From Verrucomicrobiota bacterium (lineage in GTDB: Bacteria > Verrucomicrobiota > Lentisphaeria > Lentisphaerales > Lentisphaeraceae): a DNA stretch of 32,404 nt. Shown one piece after another: positions 28,773-32,404 of the stretch. A program made the translations under genes and the position numbers. The notes under the pieces are model-generated. The model had not been told where the DNA came from, searched no databases, and saw only the letters and a list, made by a program, of their open reading frames with translations. Each line of letters opens with the position of its first letter. Within the stretch, counting starts at the first letter, position 1. The DNA is taken from NCBI GenBank assembly GCA_039798785.1, contig JBDKFG010000059.1, forward strand, positions 1 through 32,404, in the 5' to 3' direction.

Positions 28773-31700
28773 ATGAATCCCACCCGCAGCCTAGGCCTCC
28801 CTGCCTCCTCCGCCTCCCGCGACGACCGCATCCGTTATCTCAACTTGGCCCTTGCGGCGATCGGGCAGCCCTGGTTCAACAAGGAAGGATTCCAGAGTCT
28901 CGGCTTCGCCGGGGATCTCGCCACCTCGCTGTCGGAATCCGACCTCGCGGCCACGGCACCGCTCTGCGCCGTCGACCAGCGCATCCAGGAGTTTCTCGAC
29001 ATCTACCTCGCGGGAGTCCGGCCGAGCCCGAAGCTGCCGCATTCGACCCTGATCCTGGAGCGCCACGGCCTCGCCCGCGAGCTGTCGCTGCCGCCCGATT
29101 CCGACCACTACCAGAACGCCTCGCTGAGCTCGCACCGCCTGCACCAGGGGGTTTTGCACAATCCCGCCGCCGACCGCCGCACCACCCAGGGGGTCTTCCA
29201 CGTCGCCGAAGGCGGCCTGCCGGTTCCCGCCGACAAGAAGTCGGTGCCGCGCGAGGTCTTCGCCCGCTTCCTCCACGCCGCCTTCACCGCCACCCCGCCG
29301 GAGCTGATGGAATTGCCCTACACCGGCACCTGTCCGGACAAGGCGAAATGCTTCGTCTCCCTCCTCCTCCGCCCCCTGGTGCAGCCGGAGATCCCCGGGG
29401 TCCTGCCGCGCCGCAGCATGGAGATCCGCTTCTTCGCCCCCGGCGGCCTGGTCTCCAACCTCGACTTCGTCGAATCGATCTTCGGCAACGCCGGCAACCC
29501 CGCCCACCTCGCCAACGACGCCGCCCTCGAGCCGCAACACTGGTCCGGCCACACCGGCTGCGTCATCCTCGCGCCGCACCTCCAGAAGATGACCAAAAAA
29601 GAGCTCGGCCTGCCGCACGCCAGCCAGGCGACCGAAAGGCAGAAGCGCGACGGCATGTGCTGGAATTCCGAAGACGAGCTCTACAACGACGGCCAGGCCT
29701 TCAAGATCTGCGCCCGCGATGAACGCGGCGTCATCGTCACCATCATCACCGACAACTATTACGGCTACTGCAAAAAAGAGGTCAAGACTCAGATCTCCTA
29801 CGCCGCCAACCTCCTCGGCCTCTGCGAAGAAGAGCACGCCGGCGGCGCCCTCGCATTCCCCTCCTGGGCCGAGGGCCAGACCTTCCGCCTCGCCAGCGAA
29901 TTCCGCCTCAGCCACGACGACGCCAACTTCCGCCATTGCCTCGGCGAACAGGCGGAATTCTTCCCGGAAGGCCACGGCCGGGACCTGCGCTTCCCGCAAA
30001 TCTGGTACGTCCCCGCCGCCGCCACGGCCGATGTCCCCAGCCTCAGCGTCTCCTGGCAGCTCGCTTCCGGCCAGAACTTCTGCCTCAAGCTCATCCCCGG
30101 CCGCCAGTACGTCTACCCCTCCGGCTACAAGCTCTCCCTGCAGCGCCACCCCGTCGCCCCCTCCTGGCGCCTCGTCGGGGTCAACGCCGAAGGCACCGTC
30201 ACCCACAAGCCCAGCACCGTCTCCGGCGGCGGCAAGTCGGAGATCGCCAAGTCGCTCTACGACGCCATCCGCCACGGCCCCCTCTACATCGAGGACTTCG
30301 AGGCCGACATGGCTCTCGTCGACAAGGTGATCCACAGCGACATCTACGCCCGCCGCTACATCAACCCGCCCCTGCCGAAAAAAGGCTATTCGCGCCCCGT
30401 CCTCTCCGCCGAACGCAGCCTCGGCTCGGTGATCAAGATGCTCACCCCCTCCTCCCAGTTCACCGAAGAGTACAACGGCTGGCTCAAGACCATCCCCCAC
30501 CGGATCAAGGCCCTGGTCTTCATCATCAAGCGCTTCCACCAGCCCGAGTGGGGCTCGGACTGGCTCCGCTTCTTCTCCGTCCTCACCGTCAACGGCGAGT
30601 CCGGCCACGAACTGATGTTCCAAGGACGCAAACTGGTCGGCGAATACCTGCGCGTCGGCACCGACACCGGCAACGGCTCCTGGCGCACCTTCAAGCTCCG
30701 CCAGAACTTCCTCCCCGCCGCCAAGATCCAGCTCGAAGACGACATCACCGCCTCCGCCGTCGTCCCGGCCTCCGCCGTCGCCGGATTGCCCGCCTCCGCC
30801 CGCCGCGACCGCTCCCTCAAATTCGTCGAGAACTGCGAACACCGCTTCTTCCAGCGCCCCGATGACGCGGTGGTCCGCGGCTACGACAAGCAGGCCGAAA
30901 TCGACCTCTCCTCGCAAGGGCTCTTCTGCTCGAACTTCCAGCCCCTCGGCCGCGCCGAAGCGGGCGAGATCGTCGACGACGCCATCTCCTTCGAAGAATA
31001 CAGCCAGCCGGTGCGCGATCTGCTCAAGTCCTTCCTCGCCGAGCCCGCCTCGAGCCAGGTCGTGGTCTCCTCCCACGCCCGCATCGTCGAAGGCGGCAAG
31101 CGCTCGAAGAATCCCCGCTACCTGCAGGTCCGCCCCGACCACCTCGACGCCCTGCCGGCCTACCTCGCCGAACTCGGCTCGCGCCTCTTCCGCAAGATCC
31201 CCGCCGGCTCGCCAGTGCCGCAGCCGGTCGGCGCGGTCCTGCCCGGACGCCGCAACAACCCGCCCGAGAAAGGCATCCGCCCCCTCGCCGTCTACGGCCC
31301 GCTGCACTGGCAGGAGCTGCCCGAGCTCTTCATGGACTTCATCAGCTCGCTCACCGGCAAGTCGCCCTCGACCACCGGCGCCGGCTCGGAAGGCGCCCTC
31401 ACCAAGGGGCCCTTCAACGCCCTCGTCGCCACCAGCGACCTCAACAACTGCCTCCTCGGCTACATCCTCTGCGGCTTCGACGGCTGGAGCTCCGCCGCCG
31501 GCTCGATCGGCCATCGCTACAAGGTCGAACACGACGTCTCGCTGCTCGTCCCCGAGATCTTCTGCCGCCTCAGCCCGGCCGAACGCGACCCGCAACGCCT
31601 GATCGCGGAAGGAGGCCTCGAAAAGCTCGAGGACTTCCACTATGAAGGCCGCCTCGTCCCCGCCTCGCGCCTCGGCTGGCGGATCACCGCCGAGTTCTCC

Positions 31701-32225
31701 AACCACTACCTCGGCCGCATCTTCGACTCGCCCGACATCGTCTTCCCCGACGACATGCTCCGCCCGGAAAAGCAGTCGCTGGCCGAGTTCGTCGACGGCA
31801 TTGAGAACATCGCCGAGGCGCACCGCCGCGTCGCCCTGGAATATTTCGATACCGGCTCGGTCGAAGCCGCGATCCCGCCCCTGCAGGCCCTGCTCCACAT
31901 CATGGCGCATGGAGAATGGAAGGGCCACGGCCTCCACTCGCCGGAAGTGCGCGACTTGTTCAAGCTCGAAAGCGTCCTCAGCAGCGACTGGTATCAAGCT
32001 CGTCTCGAGCGCAAGGCCCAGGTCGACCGCGAGTATTGCCAGAAGGTCTTTGTCCGCCTCGCCCGCCTCCGCGAGGACCGCCGCGACACCCTCCGCCCCG
32101 AGATCCGCAGCCGCCTCGAAGCCCAACAAGCCTGGCTCCTCAGCGAGCTCTCCCGGGTCAGCGCCAAGGACTACCCGGAATCGCTGAGAGGCACCATCGG
32201 CGCGGATTTACTGTGTAGGAAGTGA
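28773..32225 (+). CDS. Pyrophosphate-dependent phosphoenolpyruvate carboxykinase (PPi-PEPCK)
   Basis: ~1150 aa; HNPAADRRTTQGVFHV, NYYGYCKKEVKTQIS, EEEHAGGA, HKPSTVSGGGKSEI, FQRPDDA, GKSPSTTGAGSEGALTK; AAGGAG RBS before 28773. Confidence 0.88.
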   Translation: MNPTRSLGLPASSASRDDRIRYLNLALAAIGQPWFNKEGFQSLGFAGDLATSLSESDLAATAPLCAVDQRIQEFLDIYLAGVRPSPKLPHSTLILERHGLARELSLPPDSDHYQNASLSSHRLHQGVLHNPAADRRTTQGVFHVAEGGLPVPADKKSVPREVFARFLHAAFTATPPELMELPYTGTCPDKAKCFVSLLLRPLVQPEIPGVLPRRSMEIRFFAPGGLVSNLDFVESIFGNAGNPAHLANDAALEPQHWSGHTGCVILAPHLQKMTKKELGLPHASQATERQKRDGMCWNSEDELYNDGQAFKICARDERGVIVTIITDNYYGYCKKEVKTQISYAANLLGLCEEEHAGGALAFPSWAEGQTFRLASEFRLSHDDANFRHCLGEQAEFFPEGHGRDLRFPQIWYVPAAATADVPSLSVSWQLASGQNFCLKLIPGRQYVYPSGYKLSLQRHPVAPSWRLVGVNAEGTVTHKPSTVSGGGKSEIAKSLYDAIRHGPLYIEDFEADMALVDKVIHSDIYARRYINPPLPKKGYSRPVLSAERSLGSVIKMLTPSSQFTEEYNGWLKTIPHRIKALVFIIKRFHQPEWGSDWLRFFSVLTVNGESGHELMFQGRKLVGEYLRVGTDTGNGSWRTFKLRQNFLPAAKIQLEDDITASAVVPASAVAGLPASARRDRSLKFVENCEHRFFQRPDDAVVRGYDKQAEIDLSSQGLFCSNFQPLGRAEAGEIVDDAISFEEYSQPVRDLLKSFLAEPASSQVVVSSHARIVEGGKRSKNPRYLQVRPDHLDALPAYLAELGSRLFRKIPAGSPVPQPVGAVLPGRRNNPPEKGIRPLAVYGPLHWQELPELFMDFISSLTGKSPSTTGAGSEGALTKGPFNALVATSDLNNCLLGYILCGFDGWSSAAGSIGHRYKVEHDVSLLVPEIFCRLSPAERDPQRLIAEGGLEKLEDFHYEGRLVPASRLGWRITAEFSNHYLGRIFDSPDIVFPDDMLRPEKQSLAEFVDGIENIAEAHRRVALEYFDTGSVEAAIPPLQALLHIMAHGEWKGHGLHSPEVRDLFKLESVLSSDWYQARLERKAQVDREYCQKVFVRLARLREDRRDTLRPEIRSRLEAQQAWLLSELSRVSAKDYPESLRGTIGADLLCRK

Positions 32226-32404
32226 GCGAGGTGCTTGCTTCGGTCACAAGGTCTTGGGGCACCGAGTCAGGTTTTTGACTCAGTGACTCGGGGGCCCGCT
32301 TAGTTTGCCTAATCCGACTCCGCCGGAACCGAAGCCTGCGGCGCGGGACAAGGAGACGCAGGGCTGCCGCCCCGCACCCCGCTTGGGGTCGCGACCCCAA
32401 ACCC

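Noticed and set aside
28791..32129. 1112-aa antisense ORF opposite PEPCK
   Set aside because: Shadow ORF from strong GC3 bias; no motifs, and the sense strand has a recognisable enzyme.

Overview
GC-rich bacterial chromosomal window, possibly PVC superphylum (Verrucomicrobiota/Lentisphaerota-like); this placement is inference only. Housekeeping blocks: proB; yceD-rpmF-plsX-fabH-fabG without fabD, acpP or fabF; acs; a free-standing rpmJ-rpsM-rpsK-rpsD-rpoA-rplQ operon with its own sigma70-type promoter; and a ~1150-aa PPi-type PEP carboxykinase. Accessory blocks: a USP / two double zinc-ribbon proteins / membrane-anchored thermonuclease cluster; umuDC with a palindrome over its promoter; a 1080-aa serralysin-like metalloprotease with N-terminal cadherin/CSPG-like repeats; Nudix, metallophosphoesterase and DUF350-like genes; and a minus-strand mosaic (17.2-22.8 kb) of orphan immunity genes (Imm50, SMI1/KNR4), small membrane proteins, a RhuM fragment and REP-like palindromes. 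The most unusual non-coding signal is dense clustering of GANTC in intergenic spacers, including 7-bp periodic inverted arrays. Several of these clusters sit where conserved operons are broken. No tRNA, rRNA, CRISPR array or intact transposase was seen.
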